64,000 nucleotides of DNA, taken from assembly GCA_009914755.4 (NCBI GenBank), contig CP068257.2, positions 34,144,001 through 34,208,000 on the forward strand. The letters run 5' to 3'. The position numbers and the translations under genes are program-made. Shown in pieces: positions 12,481 through 25,794 of this stretch (position 1 is the first letter of the stretch; each line of letters begins with the position of its first letter). The DNA comes from the human T2T-CHM13v2.0 reference genome, Homo sapiens. The notes under the pieces were generated by a model that saw only the letters and a program-made list of their open reading frames with translations, had not been told where the DNA came from and searched no databases.

Positions 12481-15400
12481 ATGCTAAGCAAATAGTTTTC
12501 CTTTTGTTTGTCTTAATACAAGTGAAACTTTTGTTTTTTTCCTTTTTTTATTATTCCTTTTGTCCATCTGGTTTAGTATAAACAAATATTTCTTTTGAAC
12601 TTCAACAAATAAGCAATAGATGGCCAGTAAAATTGCACAGAAAACTCTTTTCCCTCCAGCTAAAGCAACTTCAAAATACATTTATTTAATAAAATAAAGA
12701 ATCAATAAAATTTTAATTTTAAGCAGTCAGATTCAATGCCAAGTTGTCCTGGAAAGAAATTTGATAGGAATGCATGCTCCTTCTTTTCTTTGTAGCACAT
12801 GTCAGGTTACAATCTGGTGCAAAGAAAGATGTGCAGCTGCAAAACTAGTGTCCCAGATCTAGCCATAATGATGTAACCTTGGGAAAGATTTTGCTCTCAA
12901 ATAACTGATAATTTGATAAGGTGGGTAAGACAAACAAAAAAGACAGTAGACTGGTAACTACCTAAGGAAGGTGCAAAGTACTGGGGGAATCAAGAACAGA
13001 AGAGCCCCCATCCAGGTGGACATGAGCTTCACGAACAGTCTTTCAGAGGAAACCACCCTGATTTACAGTAAACTCACCCCTTTCTGGGGTCACACTTGAA
13101 ACAGAATAGCTATACCCACAACCACTCCATCCAGGGACAAGAACTGCGTTCATTCAAACTCATGCCACGTTGTTTTTTCTCTCGGCTCTGCTCAGAGTGA
13201 AGTTCATCGTGCAGCAATGAGAAAAGCCCCCATAAAGTCATTCTGACATAAATATCTATAGACAAGAACTGTCACCATTGTCCTTGCGAACTCGTCTTGA
13301 AGAAGCATTCCAAGATGTGTGCAAGGGGTGTATGCCTGTGTGTGAATGAGGACAAGGAGGTGTGCAGCTCTTCTATGATTCTTGCCTCAGACTAACTAGA
13401 TAGCTTTCCTATCAGTAAATAAGGGCACACTGAGTATTTGCTGTGAACCAGGCTCTATCATGAGGCTGTAAACAAAGAACTCAGATCCTGTCCTCCAGGA
13501 GCTTGGAGTCTAGATGGTCATAGAGCATTAAACAAATAATGACAAGTGCAGACATAAAGTATAGTTACAAGTTTAAAACTAAAGCCTACACAGCTGCCAT
13601 ACAGTGATTCTACCTCTGTTCTATGGTTCTAGGATCCACTGCTGCAAAGAAAAGGATTATTACTCTTGTCCTTGTACTGGGTTGTGTTGCAAACGTCTGC
13701 CTCAGCTCCCTGAAGACAGTCCTGTGGCCTCAGCATGGAGTCCTCACTCAGTCCCTGGGACCACTGTACTAAGCAGTGGTTCATAGCCTGTGTGAGCAAA
13801 AGGATCACCTGGGGTACTAGAGGGTAGATACCTGGCCTCACTCTCCCAGAAATTCTGATTCTGTGGATCTATGCTGTATTTGAAAAAGCCACCTGAGTAT
13901 TTGAAAACCCACTTCACATAATAGCAGACAGTATATGAACCACCCCAAGAAACCATGTGAGACCAATGAACTAAAGACCAATGAACTAAAGCCTCCAATT
14001 TTCCTTATCCAGACAAATTAAAAATGTAATTTAATTGATATGCTACATTAGTTTCAGAATATCTCAAAAAACATATATTCACAAAATAGAATACCTTTTC
14101 CTGCCTTCAAAAGACAGTAAGTTGCAAATGATTACATTCTGAAAATAGAGGAATGTTCACAATCCTGATATTTAAACTCTTTGTAATGAGGTTTTTTTTA
14201 GTATATAACTTTAATATGTGCTCCAAATGAATAAAAAGATTATTCATTTATCATTCAGTTTTTTTAAATATTAACTGGTAAATCCCTCTTTTAGGAAGCA
14301 TAAATAAATACCTAAGTGTAAAAAATATGCTAAACCAAATACTAAATACTGCCAACAATTCATAATGGAAATAAAATCAGCTTCAAAATCCAAGCTAAAC
14401 CACAGATTAAACAGAGGGTTTTCATGTGACCTCGAAATCAATTCTTTTGTTTTCTTTTGCCATTTTTAATAACAAACAACTGAATTTTTTTAAAAAACAT
14501 ATTTTCATAAAATTGAATGTTGTTCTTTCACATAACATTGATTCTAAGGCAATGTCATCAATAGTCACAAGTAAAAGAAAAGGAACCTCCAAAGCCATAA
14601 ATTCGATTGGAACTGAGATACCAAGTTTGTGAGTAAAGATCAGCAAATAATTTTTTACAAGATATTAAGACTTGTAAGGCTTAAGATATAAGCCCAGAAT
14701 GATACAAACTTAGACGGACAGGCAGGAAGAGTAGGAACAGGAAAAACGTGTTTCCCAACATGTCATTGAGGGTTATTATTAATTCAGAAAAAGGAAATTT
14801 TGTGTTAAAAATTTCAAAACAATGAACATTAAAACTGCTCAGTTGCAAGGTCAGCACTGAAAATAAATAGAAATGGAATCATTATTTCAATTAGTGAACA
14901 GTTATCATGTAGATGCCCCAGTTCTGATACAGAGATCTATGTTAGAGACACAGGGTAAGTAATACACGCACTCACCACCTAGCCTGCAAAGTGACAGACA
15001 GATGTGCAGTTCATGTTGGGGCAAGATGTCTATTGCACTGGTCCTATGAAGCAGTGATTCAGAAACAGTAAAGAGGGCGTGGTGACTTCTTCCTGGGGAG
15101 TATGATTAGGATGGCCTCACAGAGGTGAGTATGTTGCAGATTTTGGGTTGGGCAAGTCTCTGGGTCAAAGCTTCATTAGCTTGGGGCAGTTGCTTGTTTA
15201 ATTTGCTTGGAGTTCCTTCTTTGGACTTCGTCTTGATTTTCATTACAAATTCTTCCTGGGGAGTCCTTCACGTCCATGTGTTCAGCTATCATCCACATGT
15301 TTATGACTCCCAAAACTATGTCCTGAAACAAAAACCTCCTTCCTGTGATTCAAAATCACAGCCAAATTGCCTTCTGGATAAACTACAGGCCTCTCAAATT

Positions 15401-16174
15401 TGACACTTGTAAATCAAAATTCATTGACTTTTCCCCTATCCCTGCCCTCAACCCAAACCTCTACATCCTCTGTTACTTGCCTTTTCAATGACTCGCACAG
15501 CCCCTCAACTAGTGCCTAAGACAGAAATCATACGTAATCTCAGACTCCTTCCTCTTCTCTCCATATCCCAGCCACCAAGCCTGGCCTCTCCCACTTAAAT
15601 CCCACATTCCTCTTATTCTTCCACAGTTGCAATCATAATTGATGCTCTCAGCCTGGTTTACCTGGTATCTCTGTCTCCAGTCTCATTCCCTTGCAATCCA
15701 CCCTTGGCACTTCTGCCATGATGGACTGTAATTGACAGCTGATGATTTTGTTTCTCTTATTAAAATCCCCCAGTGCTGTCTCAGGATAAATTCTGTACTC
15801 CTCATGAATAAATTCTGCACCTTTCATGAACTGAGGCCTCTCATCCACCATCCTTTTTTCGCACTGCCCCAGGTAGGCACTCAGAGCTCTTCCCATACAA
15901 CACTACTTCCCATGCCTTGGCATACACCGTCTTCTCTCCCTTTCTATCAACAGACCACCTTCTTGGCCAGCCCAACCTCTGCCCAGCTCAGTGACTTCCT
16001 CCTTTGGGGAGCCACCTCTGACATCCCCAGGCTGAGTCAGGTCACCCTCTTTTCCCCCTGCTTCCTGTGGCTGTCACTATTGAACACACCTTCCAGGGTT
16101 GGTAGTACTAGGACTCTTTGTCTGCCTCCTGCAAGCTGACATGTGAAGCTCAAGGGCAGAACTGTGTTCTGTTC

Positions 16175-16600
16175 ATTTTTTTTTTTTTTCTTTTCACTTT
16201 AAGTTCTGGGATACATGTGCAGAACGTGCAGGTTTGTTACGTAGGTATACATGTGCCATGGTGGTTTGCTGCACTCATCAACCCATCGTCTAGGTTTTAA
16301 AGCCTGCAGGCATTAGGTATTCGTCCTAATGCTCTCCCTCCCCTTGCCCCCTACTCCCAACAGGCCCGGTATGTGATGTTCCCCTCCCTGTGAACATGTG
16401 TTCTCATTGTTCAACTCCCACTTATAAGTGAGAACATGCAGTGTTTGGTTTTCTGTTACCATGTTAGTTTGCTGAGAATAATGGCTTCCAACTTCATCCA
16501 TGTCCCTGAAAGGACATGAACTAATTCTTTTTTTATGGCTGCATAGTACTCCATGGTGTATATGTGCCACATTTTCTTTATCCAGCCTGTTCATCTTTAT
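16175..16600 (-). mobile_element. LINE-1 (L1PA/L1PB-type) 3' end, 5'-truncated, minus orientation, poly(A) seen as a T-run on the left
   Basis: T-run 16175-16189, then reverse complement of the L1 3'UTR and ORF2 end: aagttctgggatacatgtgcagaacgtgcaggtttgttacgtaggtatacatgtgccatggtggtttgctgcac...ctcattgttcaactcccacttataagtgagaacatgcagtgtttggttttctgtt...ccatggtgtatatgtgccacattttctttatccagcctgttcatc. Confidence 0.88.
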
Positions 16601-19600
16601 AGTCCTTGTGCCTACCACAAAGCTTAACACATAAGAATACTTCAACTGTTTGTGGATTATCTTAATTAAGCAATGCCATTCACTGAATTTCATGATTATT
16701 CCCATTCAAAAGGAATAGTTTTAAAACCTCAGGAAGCATGTGACTATCCAACAAATTATACCCCTCGAAAACAAACTACCAACAGCGAAACTCCACACTT
16801 TCAAGTTATATAACTATCATACAAAAGCAACCGATTAGTATGGAACATTTGGGTCAACCAGTTGTTTTTTTCTACATTGTACCAAACACTTGATTTGGTG
16901 GTGGTGGTGGTTGTTTAAGTGTTGCTTAAACCATTATATTATCTCAGGCTTGCAAGGCAGCTGAGTCAATGGAGCAGTTGTTTAAGTATCATGTGGACTC
17001 AGTGTGCAGCTTTGGCAGATATTACTGAGTTACTGCAACCAATTCTCACCAGTGCTTTTTTGAGCATCTACTTCATAGCAGATGAATCCACAGACCCTAC
17101 CTCCATGTTTCTCAGAATCTTAGCCCCTGGACCACCTTTATCCAACTCACCTGAGAGTCTTGCCAGAAATGCAGATTCTGGCACCCTACCCACAATATCC
17201 TAAACCAGAACCTCCAGAGGCAGGGCCTGGCCATGTGCATTTTAAGAAGGTCCATCCTACTGATATAATCCAAACTCAAGTGTGAGTGGCACTGGTCTAC
17301 TCTTCAGTCAGTCCTACAGAAAGTGTAAAGAAAGGATAAAGAAGTAGGGTGATGAGGGAGTGAGGGGAGCCAAGCAGGAGAGTGACGTGGTAGAACACTG
17401 GAACAGCTACTCACAAAGAGATCCAATACGGTAATGGTATACACAAAAAGAGTTTATTTCTGTTTCACATAAAAGTCTGGTTGTATTTGGTCCTGGGCTT
17501 ATACAGAGGTATCATGGTGTCAAGGACTCAGGATTCTTCTATTTCTTCTATTAGCGCTTTTCTTCTATTAGATCTTCTAATACTTTGTGGTTCTGCCATC
17601 CTTAGGGTCTTTCTCTTAATCTATAAAGTCTAAGAGTTGTTCATTATCACCTCCTCATTTCAACCAGACAGAAGGAAAGGAAGAGGGTCCCTTCCCCTTA
17701 AAAGCACTAGCCAGAAGGTACCCTCGCCATGGCTGTTCATATTCCACAGTTTACCCACCTATCTCCGTCCAACTACAAAGGAGAGGGAGAAATGTACTGG
17801 GGAAAGGAGAAACCCGTGTGCCCAGCTAAAATGTGAGTTCTGTAACAATGGAGGGGAAAGAAAAATAGATAATGGAGTCAACTTGCTGCCTCTGTCACCT
17901 GAGAGGAGAAGGGGAAGCGGGAGGGGAAGAGTAGGAAGGGGAGGTAAAAGGGAATGAAAAAGAATATAAAATTTACTATTGTCCATTTTTCAAAAGCCCC
18001 TACCCCTGCCCACCCACCGCCACACATCTATTCTAGTCTGCTGTTCCTGATTTTCTAAGCTTCTTTAATCAAGCCTGTTGCATTCACTTTCACTCACACC
18101 CCTCTAGCCTTGGCCTTGGACATTGACTTTGATTGGAAAACAATCTGCTGCCAATTCTTCCAATATTATCAGCATAATGGGCTGCAGGCACAATCTGTTT
18201 CTCAAAGTTCTCTGCTTTATGTTAAAAGTCAGGGGCCCAAGGATGAATTTCAAACAATAGAGTTGCCTTATTTGCGGTTCGAGATGGTTGGTCAGTCAGC
18301 CCTATCCCAGCACTCTTTGTAGGTGAATGATGTGGGCAGTGTTGCAGACCTGTGCTTGATGAACTGAATCTCCACGTGCATAATCACCCTGACTTTCAGG
18401 TGAAAACTGCCCTGGTTTATAGTCTGGTTGCTGGAGAAAGTCTAAAGTGTGAAGGAACAGGTAGCCTCAGTGTTATCCGGACACTCTAGCTACCTTCCTG
18501 TGGAGTAAGGATTCCCATGGCCTCATGCCCAAAGTGCTGACGTCTCAAGAACAACCCCCTCCAGCCTTTCACTGACCTAAGATGAACCATGTGACATTCA
18601 TTCCATGGATCAGACATCAGGTCAGACCTTATTGCTTTTGGACAGCAGCCATTACATGATTTACGGAGCAAAGGATAGGTACAATACAAACCTCAGAGTA
18701 CGTGACAAAGTTAGAGGGTATTTCTAAGCATGAAAATATGCAACATTTCAGGAGTAATGTCATAAAAAGAGGGATCAGACCAACAGATCACTGTCTCCAT
18801 TTAACTGTAATCTCTAAAAATAACTTTAGCTCTCATTTCTGAGTCAGAGAGAAACTTTAGAAGTTACATTCATGCTTTTAGGAGGCAATATGTAACCCAA
18901 CTTCTCCAAAACTAAACTTAAATATAATCTAAGTCAGAATTCAATCCCCCAAGGAGATTTCAGTATAGACTCAGATTCACAAAGCAGAGGAAGAGATAAT
19001 GTGGTTTTATTCCAAAGCGCAGACTTAAACACATGGCAACCCTCATCATTCTCAAAGTTCCCAATTGCTTCATTTGCTCCCAAGAGTCAAGTGGCTTCTA
19101 TAAGAAAATTACATGCGGTCAGAAAATTACAGGAGGCCTGGTTCTTTGGGAGTAATGATCCATTCATTTGATAATTTGCTAAATGCTTACTCTTTCTGCT
19201 CGTCATTTTTTCCTCCTGGTTAGTACATCATGCATATGGTGACAAGAGATAAAGAAATGGACAAGCTCCCAGAAAAAACAGACAAGAAATGGGACCAAAA
19301 AAAGACATAAAATGTCTTTTAAAATAAGCTTAATATTTTGAAAAATGCCTTTTATGAAAAATACCAGTGGAATAATTTAGATGTACCCTTGTAGCCTCAC
19401 AGATGCTGATTTTTCAGATGGTGGTGCCACATACCCCCACCACTGGCATGGATCCCACTGCAAAGGGCCTCTGGGGACATCCAAGCACAACCCTGAATAG
19501 ACATCTGGCCATAGACAAATCCTCCTTGTCTCCAGAGACTTCTACAGGATTCCAACTCTAGTTTTTAAAATGTGAGTATATGAGACACATGGGTCTGTAG

Positions 19601-20589
19601 GCTCTGGTTTTAGAGGTGAATCCTTCACATTAATGATTCTGAGATTGATTTTCTCCTTTGTTGGCCCTTCTTGACCATTTTTACCTTCTCAGTGACCACG
19701 TTTCAGTGCTCACTAGGACCTGGACCGGGGGCAGGGTAAACCGAGGTAAGTAGCTCTGTGTTACTGCCTGCTACTATGCCCACGGATGTGTGGTGATGAG
19801 AAGGGTAAAACAAAAAGCCAGAATTCCTTTCCAGGATGAAATAAATGCAAGATAAGCACAGGGAGCTGCTCAGGTGCCTGAGGAAGGTGGCCAACTCCAA
19901 ATGTCCACAAAGTGTCCATGTCAGGTGACCCAAAGGTGCAAAAAACAGGCAGACTGCTTCTGTGCCCAGTAGCAAGAATATCAAGTACGTCAGGTCTTTT
20001 TGGTGTGGCTTAATACAGCCTACTTAAAAGGAAAAATAGAAAATCTATGTGAACAGTTTCCAGCTGCCAGCTCTAATTTCCCATGATGGCCCATGACAAG
20101 GAGTGCACAGTGTTATTGATCAGTTATGACATTATCAGAAAAGGGCTGAATGGAGTTTGCTCTCACTCTTTTCTTTCTCTTTGCTCTTTGTCAGTGTCCT
20201 TAGGAAATGTATCTAATTCTTAGGCTTCTCCAGCCAAGCAGGATGGGCAAGAAGACATTTATACTGGATGGCTTCTAAAAACATGTTATACCAGTTTCAA
20301 TATTTTAGGAAAATAACTGTACAATAATCCAATATTAACAGAAGAAAGAAAATATTCATTCAAAAGTGCCTATATGCTCATGTCCTATGTATTTCATGTC
20401 TTGGACCAAAATATTCTATTCTTCTCATGAAACCACTTATAGTTACCAAGCTGAAAAATCAAACAGACATTATGTTTTAGCAAATTTCTTCATTTCCCTT
20501 TTGAGTTCTTTGGAAAGAAGAGAACAAAGTGCAGAGAAATACTTATTCTCTAGGCCATAAAATCAGGAGGGCAGGCCTGTGATCTATTG

Positions 20590-20650
20590 AATGTTGAGCA
20601 CCAAGCTCAGTACCTGGCACGTAATAGTTGCTCAATAAATTTTGTTACCA
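20590..20650 (+). mobile_element. MIR SINE 3' fragment
   Basis: cagtacctggcacgtaatagttgctcaataaattttgttacc matches the MIR 3' end (cagtgcctggcacatagtaagcgctcaataaatgttagctatt). Confidence 0.5.
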
Positions 20651-20829
20651 CATGCTGAATGACTCCAACAAGTAATTAGATTTTTCTGCCACTCCCCTCT
20701 ATTCAAAGCTCTAACAAAGAACTTTTTAAAGGTGTGAGCCCATGGTCTCTATTAAAGAGTTTTCCATTGCAACTTTTCTTCTTCTAACTAGTAGCTTTCT
20801 CTTGTATACTCAAAAGTCACCTCGTTTAG

Positions 20830-21065
20830 CTTAGTCATGGAGCATAGAGGTTTGAAGTCATGCAAACATGGATTCAGCTACCTGGTTCTGCCACTTGCTA
20901 GTGTCATTACAACTTCAGCAAGTTGCCTAATTTCTCTGAGCCTCATTTTTCCCACCTATAAAGGACCATAATATTTCCACAAGGCTATCTATGGATTAAG
21001 TGAATAATATGTACAAAACAGCTCACAAAGTGCCTGATAATAGTCTATTTATGATGACCACTTTA
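20830..21065 (+). mobile_element. MIR SINE core and 3' region
   Basis: ggttctgccacttgctagtgtcattacaacttcagcaagttgcctaatttctctgagcctcatttttcccacctataaaggaccataatatttccacaaggctatctatggattaagtgaataatatgtacaaaacagctcacaaagtgcctgataatag. Confidence 0.6.
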
Positions 21066-21334
21066 TTTTAAATATTGTTATAATCATTATCATCACTGGT
21101 ATCCACTGGAAGCTTTAGAATAATCCTATAGCATGCTTTATAATTAAAACACTGTTATATATCTAATTAAGAAAGTTTTCTTGCTCATACATTTATAAGC
21201 TGTTCTTTTGTACTGTATGATACCAAAGGAAAGTTACCTATAGTTTTTGTAATATTCAGGGACAGACAATATTCAAGTATGCAAATTCTTGAATGCAAAT
21301 TTCTTTAATGCTTTCTTTAGTAGTCTATACAAAA

Positions 21335-21510
21335 CTTTAATATATATGTGTGTATATATTATATATAATATATACATTACATGTATTATATATACACATA
21401 TGTTAAATATATTATATATTATAAATTATATTATATAATTAAAGATAATATATTAAAATATGTAATCTATAATTATCTAATAAATCATTATATATATTAT
21501 ATAGGTCATG
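21335..21510. repeat. AT-rich (TA)n/(TATAA)n-type simple repeat
   Basis: tatatatatgtgtgtatatattatatataatatatacattacatgtattatatatacacatatgttaaatatattatatattataaattatattatataattaaagataatatattaaaatatg... Confidence 0.85.
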
Positions 21511-21625
21511 TGTAGTGGTTCATGCCTGTAATCCCAGCTCTTTGGGAGGCTGAAGCAAGAGGATCCTTTGAGCCTAGGTGTTCAATCCCAGCCTAGGCAA
21601 CATAGTGAGACCCAGTCTCTAAAAA
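21504..21625 (+). mobile_element. Free left Alu monomer (FLAM-like)
   Basis: ggtcatgtgtagtggttcatgcctgtaatcccagctctttgggaggctgaagcaagaggatcctttgagcctaggtgttcaatcccagcctaggcaacatagtgagacccagtctctaaaaa. Only the left monomer is present, followed by an A-rich tail. Confidence 0.7.
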
Positions 21626-21690
21626 TAAATAAATAAAATAAACAATAAATAACAAATAAATAAATAAAATAAACAAATAAACAAATAAAA
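21620..21690. repeat. (AAATA)n/(AAACA)n A-rich tail repeat
   Basis: aaataaataaataaaataaacaataaataacaaataaataaataaaataaacaaataaacaaataaaatt. Confidence 0.85.
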
Positions 21691-23375
21691 TTATACATAT
21701 ACTATATATATGTACATATTATATACATACACACATATATATATAATTTGCCATTATAAGCTAGCTGTAACTTTCCCAAGGTCAACAGCCTGTCACTGGC
21801 CACAAAACACAAAGGAGAAAGTAGTATATATCTACACATCCTCCAAAGCCTAAGGCTGCAAATGGCTGGCATAGAAAACATCCAGTCCTACTGTACCTGA
21901 ATACTCCCTCTAGAAGGTTCTTAGAATGAATCAAAGGTGAAAGAGGGCATACATGGAAGCCATTGACCAGCCCCCAACTCCATACATACTGCACTCCATC
22001 CTTTAGAGGCATAATAATTGGTTCATTCCTACTTGCAATTCAGAAATATTAATTGAGCATCTTCAATGTGCTAAACACTGCTTTGCTTTCAATGATGGAA
22101 ATGAAGTGGGAAGCAAAACAAGAAAAGTGCCTGCCCTCATGGAGCTTGCATTCCAGAGTAATTTGTTTCTTGGTAGCAAGAACAAGGAGGCTGAGTAACA
22201 GACCTTACAGTTGGTGTATGATATATTTTTCAATCTTTCTAAAAGTTCTTAATTATCTGCTGTCTAACTTGTAAGCCAAATTTCATTCCTTCTGTGCAGA
22301 ATGACATGGCCAGTCTGACCACCAAATACGATGGGGCTTTCTTAACTATTCAAGTACACTGTTGGCAAAAGATAGTGGGCTATTCAAAATGACATGCCGA
22401 AACATGTATGGTGATTTTAATCAATTATTTTGGCCAGTTTCAAAGGCATTTATCACAAAGTAACACAGTCTTGCTAAAATATTTCTTTAAACACAGAGTT
22501 CTTTGTTCCTACACCTTTAAGAAGTAAAGGGAATACCCAGACACTGTACCTGTTTTGTAAGTTAAAGTGAAAACATACTGCACTGAAACTTATAGTTGAT
22601 ATCTCTTCAGAAGAGAAATTCATCAGCAAGGTAATAATTCCCAGTAGCTACACAAAGAAACCACAGTCTTCAGAAAAACCACATAACAGAGAATGGAATA
22701 CTGTGAGCAGCCCACATAATTACTCATGATAGATAAGTGTATTAAAAATTAAATATAAATTATTGCAGGCATTATAGTTTTGGCACAAGATGAAAAAAGT
22801 GCTTTATGTTACTTAAAAGTTTTAATAACTGCCTTAAATTTGGCTCAGTTGAAAATAAGCTTATCCTGAGTAAATATAAAGCATTTATTATTTGAAGTAT
22901 TGCTTTCAATACAATTGTAGGTTTAAAAAAAAACAACCTCTTTGATTTTCTAAAAGTTGCTATGTGGCATTGATCTTTTTTAAAAGTACTAAAAAGAGAT
23001 ACAAATAGGTGAATTTTAAACAGGGTTGTTCTAAGGAGGATTACTTTAACATATGAAAATCTCTTACCAAAACTCTGCTAAATCCTAAAATCAAATCCAG
23101 ATGATTTTGAATCTAAATGTGAGAGGGGAAAAAATAAATCTTTTAAAGAAAAACATAAGAGAGTATCTTCATGACCTTGGAGTAGGCAAAGAGTCCTTAA
23201 ATAACACAAAAAGCACTAACCTTAAAACAAAAAAGATAAGTTAGATTATATTAAAATTAAGAATTTCTGTTTATCAGTACTAAGAGAGTGAAAAGAAACC
23301 CACAGAGTAGAAAAAGATGCTTGCAATACACGTCTCCAACAAAGAACTGACACTCAGAACATATAAAGAATTCCT

Positions 23376-23658
23376 GGCCTGGTGCCGTGGCTCATACCTG
23401 TAATCAGCACTTTGGGAGGCCGAAGCTGGAGGATCACTTAAGCCCAAAAGTTTGAGATCAGCCTGGTTAGCATAGTGAGAACTTGTCCCTACTAAAAAAA
23501 ATTTCTTAAATTTAGCTGGGTACAGTGGTGTGCACCTGTAGTCCCAGCTACTTGGGAGGCTGAAGCAGGAGATCACTTGAGCACAGGAGGTCAAGACTGC
23601 AATGAGCTATGATCACTCTATGCACTATAGCCTGGGCGACAGAGCAAGGCCCTATCTA
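23376..23658 (+). mobile_element. Alu SINE, plus orientation
   Basis: ggcctggtgccgtggctcatacctgtaatcagcactttgggaggccgaagctggaggatcacttaagccc...gcaatgagctatgatcactctatgcactatagcctgggcgacagagcaaggccctatctaag. Confidence 0.92.
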
Positions 23659-23733
23659 AGAAGAAGAAGAAAGAAGAAGAGAAGAGGAGGAGGAGGAGGA
23701 GGAGGAGGAAGAAGAAGAAGAAAACGAAGAAGA
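23659..23733. repeat. (GAA)n-(GGA)n-(GAA)n polypurine trinucleotide array derived from the Alu tail
   Basis: aagaagaagaaagaagaagagaagaggaggaggaggaggaggaggaagaagaagaagaaaacgaagaagaa lies directly 3' of the Alu body, where a poly(A) is expected. Confidence 0.95.
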
Positions 23734-24045
23734 ATTTCTACAACTCAATTCAATAAGAAAAAGAAAGACAACAATAGAAAAATGAGCAAAGGACTTTAAT
23801 ACCTACTTCACATAGAACGATATCCTAACAGCCAATAAATACATGGCAAGGAGCTCACCTTCATTTGTTGTCACTGAAATGCAAACTAAAACCACAAGGA
23901 GAGACATTATACTTCCATCCAAGTGGCTGAAATTTTAAAAAGAGGCAAATACCCAATAGAGCAACTGACATTCACATACACTGCTGGTGGGGATGTAAAT
24001 TGGTACAAATACTTTAGAAAACTGTTTGGCAGTATCTGCTAAGCA

Positions 24046-24231
24046 GAGGTCTTCAAAATGTGGTCCCTGGACCAGTAGCAAAAGCATCACCTGGAATTTG
24101 CCAGAAGCCCACATTCTTGGGCCCTACTCCATACCTACTGAATCAGAAACACTCCAGGTGTTTCCCAGAGATCTGTGTTTTAACAAACCCTCCAGGTGGT
24201 TCTGATGCGTGTGCAATCTTGAGAACCACTG
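24046..24231 (+). mobile_element. MER5A-type hAT-Charlie non-autonomous DNA transposon with 8-bp TSD
   Basis: agaggtcttcaaaatgtggtccctggaccagtagcaaaagcatcacctggaatttgccagaagcccacattcttgggccctactccatacctactgaatcagaaacactccaggtg...ctgtgttttaacaaaccctccaggtggttctgatgcgtgtgcaatcttgagaaccactg. TSD tgctaagc (24038-24045) and tgctaaagc (24232-24240). Confidence 0.7.
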
Positions 24232-24380
24232 TGCTAAAGCTCAGCATATGCATAGCCTCTAACTCAGAAACTGTACTCTTAGGAATGTCTACCAGAGATG
24301 TGTATGAGCTTTCATCAAAATACATGTACAAGAGTGTTTGCAGTAGCACTACTCAAAACAGCCAAAAACTGGAAACTATC

Positions 24381-24733
24381 TGATATGGTTTAGCTGTGTC
24401 CCCACTGAAATCTCATCTTGAATTGTAGCTCCCATGATCCCCACGTGTCGTGGGACAGACCCAGTTGGAGGTAACTGAATCATGGGGGAGGGTTTTTCCC
24501 GTGGTGTTCTCATGATAGTAAGTCTCACGAGATCTGCTGGTTTTATAAAGGGCAGTTCCCCTGCACACGCTCTCTTGCCTGCCACCAGGTAAGACATGCC
24601 TTTGCTCCTCCTTCACTTTCCACCATGTTTATGAGGCCTCCCCAGCCATGTGGAACTGAGAGTCCACTAAACCTCTTTTTCTTTATAAATTACCCAGTCT
24701 CGGGTATAGCAGCATGAGAAGGAACTAATACAT
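24381..24733 (+). mobile_element. THE1-family MaLR solo LTR, plus orientation, inserted into the old L1
   Basis: tgatatggtttagctgtgtccccactgaaatctcatcttgaattgtagctcccatgatccccacgtgtcgtgggacagacccagttggaggtaactgaatcatggggg...gttttataaagggcagttcccctgcacacgctctcttgcctgccaccaggtaagacatgcctttgctcctcc...gcctccccagccatgtggaactgagagtccactaaacctctttttctttataaattacccagtctcgggtatagcagcatgagaaggaactaataca. Confidence 0.88.
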
Positions 24734-25624
24734 TACCTAAATGCCATCAGTAGGAAGGACAAACAAAGCATGCTATAGTCACTAAGTAGAAGTCTACACA
24801 GCAATGAGGCTGCATAATCTATAATTGTATGCAACAGTGTAGATGAACCTCACATACATAATGATAGACAAAAGAAGCCAATCACAAAGCTACACATCTT
24901 GTAGGATTCCATTTGCAGAAAGTACAAAAAAAGGCAAAACCTGACTCTGCTATTACAAGTCAGGATATGGTTATGATTGGGAGAGACCAGTAGGTGAAGA
25001 CTGCAAGGGCTCTAAGGAAGGCTTCTGGATGCTCCCACCATTTTTTTTTTCTTGAGCTGGGGTTGGTTACAGTAATGATCTGTTTATGAAAATGCACTGT
25101 GCTGTATGCTTATAATGTGAGCACTTTTCTGCCAGTATACAACAATGAAAAGGTTTTCTTAAAACTTGATTAAAATAATTCTTTTCAAATTGTATAATAA
25201 GTGTGAATTACTTTAGGTAGAATATTTGCATTGGAAAAAGTTTAGGACATTAAAGAGTAATGTCCTAATATTCCACTCCAGGGAATTGTCATCAATATGG
25301 CAGAAGAAGAAAAAAGCTTACAAGATCAAATACCAATGAAATCTTCCCTGAATGACTGCATCAAGGTACTAAAAATGGTCCCTGGGGTCAGACTAAACAA
25401 CAGAAACCCACCAGTGGGCATAGTTCGTCAGTAAATCTGTGCTTTAATAATTAAAATGTAAGCACTATATTTATATACCCCTTAATTCCATAAGAATTTT
25501 CAGTGGTTGTAACTGCATTAACCCACTCATCAGTCAGGTTAAGCAGCCATCAGCGGACCATGAGAAGCAAAGGGGAAGGTCAGGCACATTAACTAGCTGA
25601 TGTTTGCTTCTGATTAAAGTTGGC

Positions 25625-25650
25625 TTATTTATTTATTTATTTATTTTGCC
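25625..25650. repeat. (TTTA)n microsatellite
   Basis: cttatttatttatttatttattttgcc. Confidence 0.9.
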
Positions 25651-25794
25651 AGCAGAGTCAGTGAATTTTTAAAAAGACAATGATTGTCATCTCATCTCTG
25701 TTGTCAGCAAAGCCCTCATTCCACCTTGAGCTCCCTTTTGAGTAGCCAGGGCTCTGGGTTACACATGGGCTCATTCTGCTTTTACCGACAAGGA

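Larger units (their letters stand above)
23865..25050 (+). mobile_element. Old L1 (L1M-type) 3' ORF2 region, fragmented by nested MER5A and THE1 LTR insertions
   Basis: ...gaaatgcaaactaaaaccacaaggagagacattatacttcc...cactgctggtggggatgtaaattggtacaaatactttagaaaactgtttggcagtatctgctaagc [MER5A] ...gtgtttgcagtagcactactcaaaacagccaaaaactggaaactatc [THE1 LTR] ...gaacctcacatacataatgatagacaaaagaagccaatcacaaagctacacatcttgtaggattccatttgcagaaagtacaaaaaaaggcaaaac... Confidence 0.5.

Noticed and set aside
13380-13560. Possible MIR/L2-like fragment (…cctgtcctccaggagcttggagtctagatgg… motif).
   Set aside because: The match to the MIR consensus is only fragmentary and I am not certain of the family. Confidence is too low to list as a feature.
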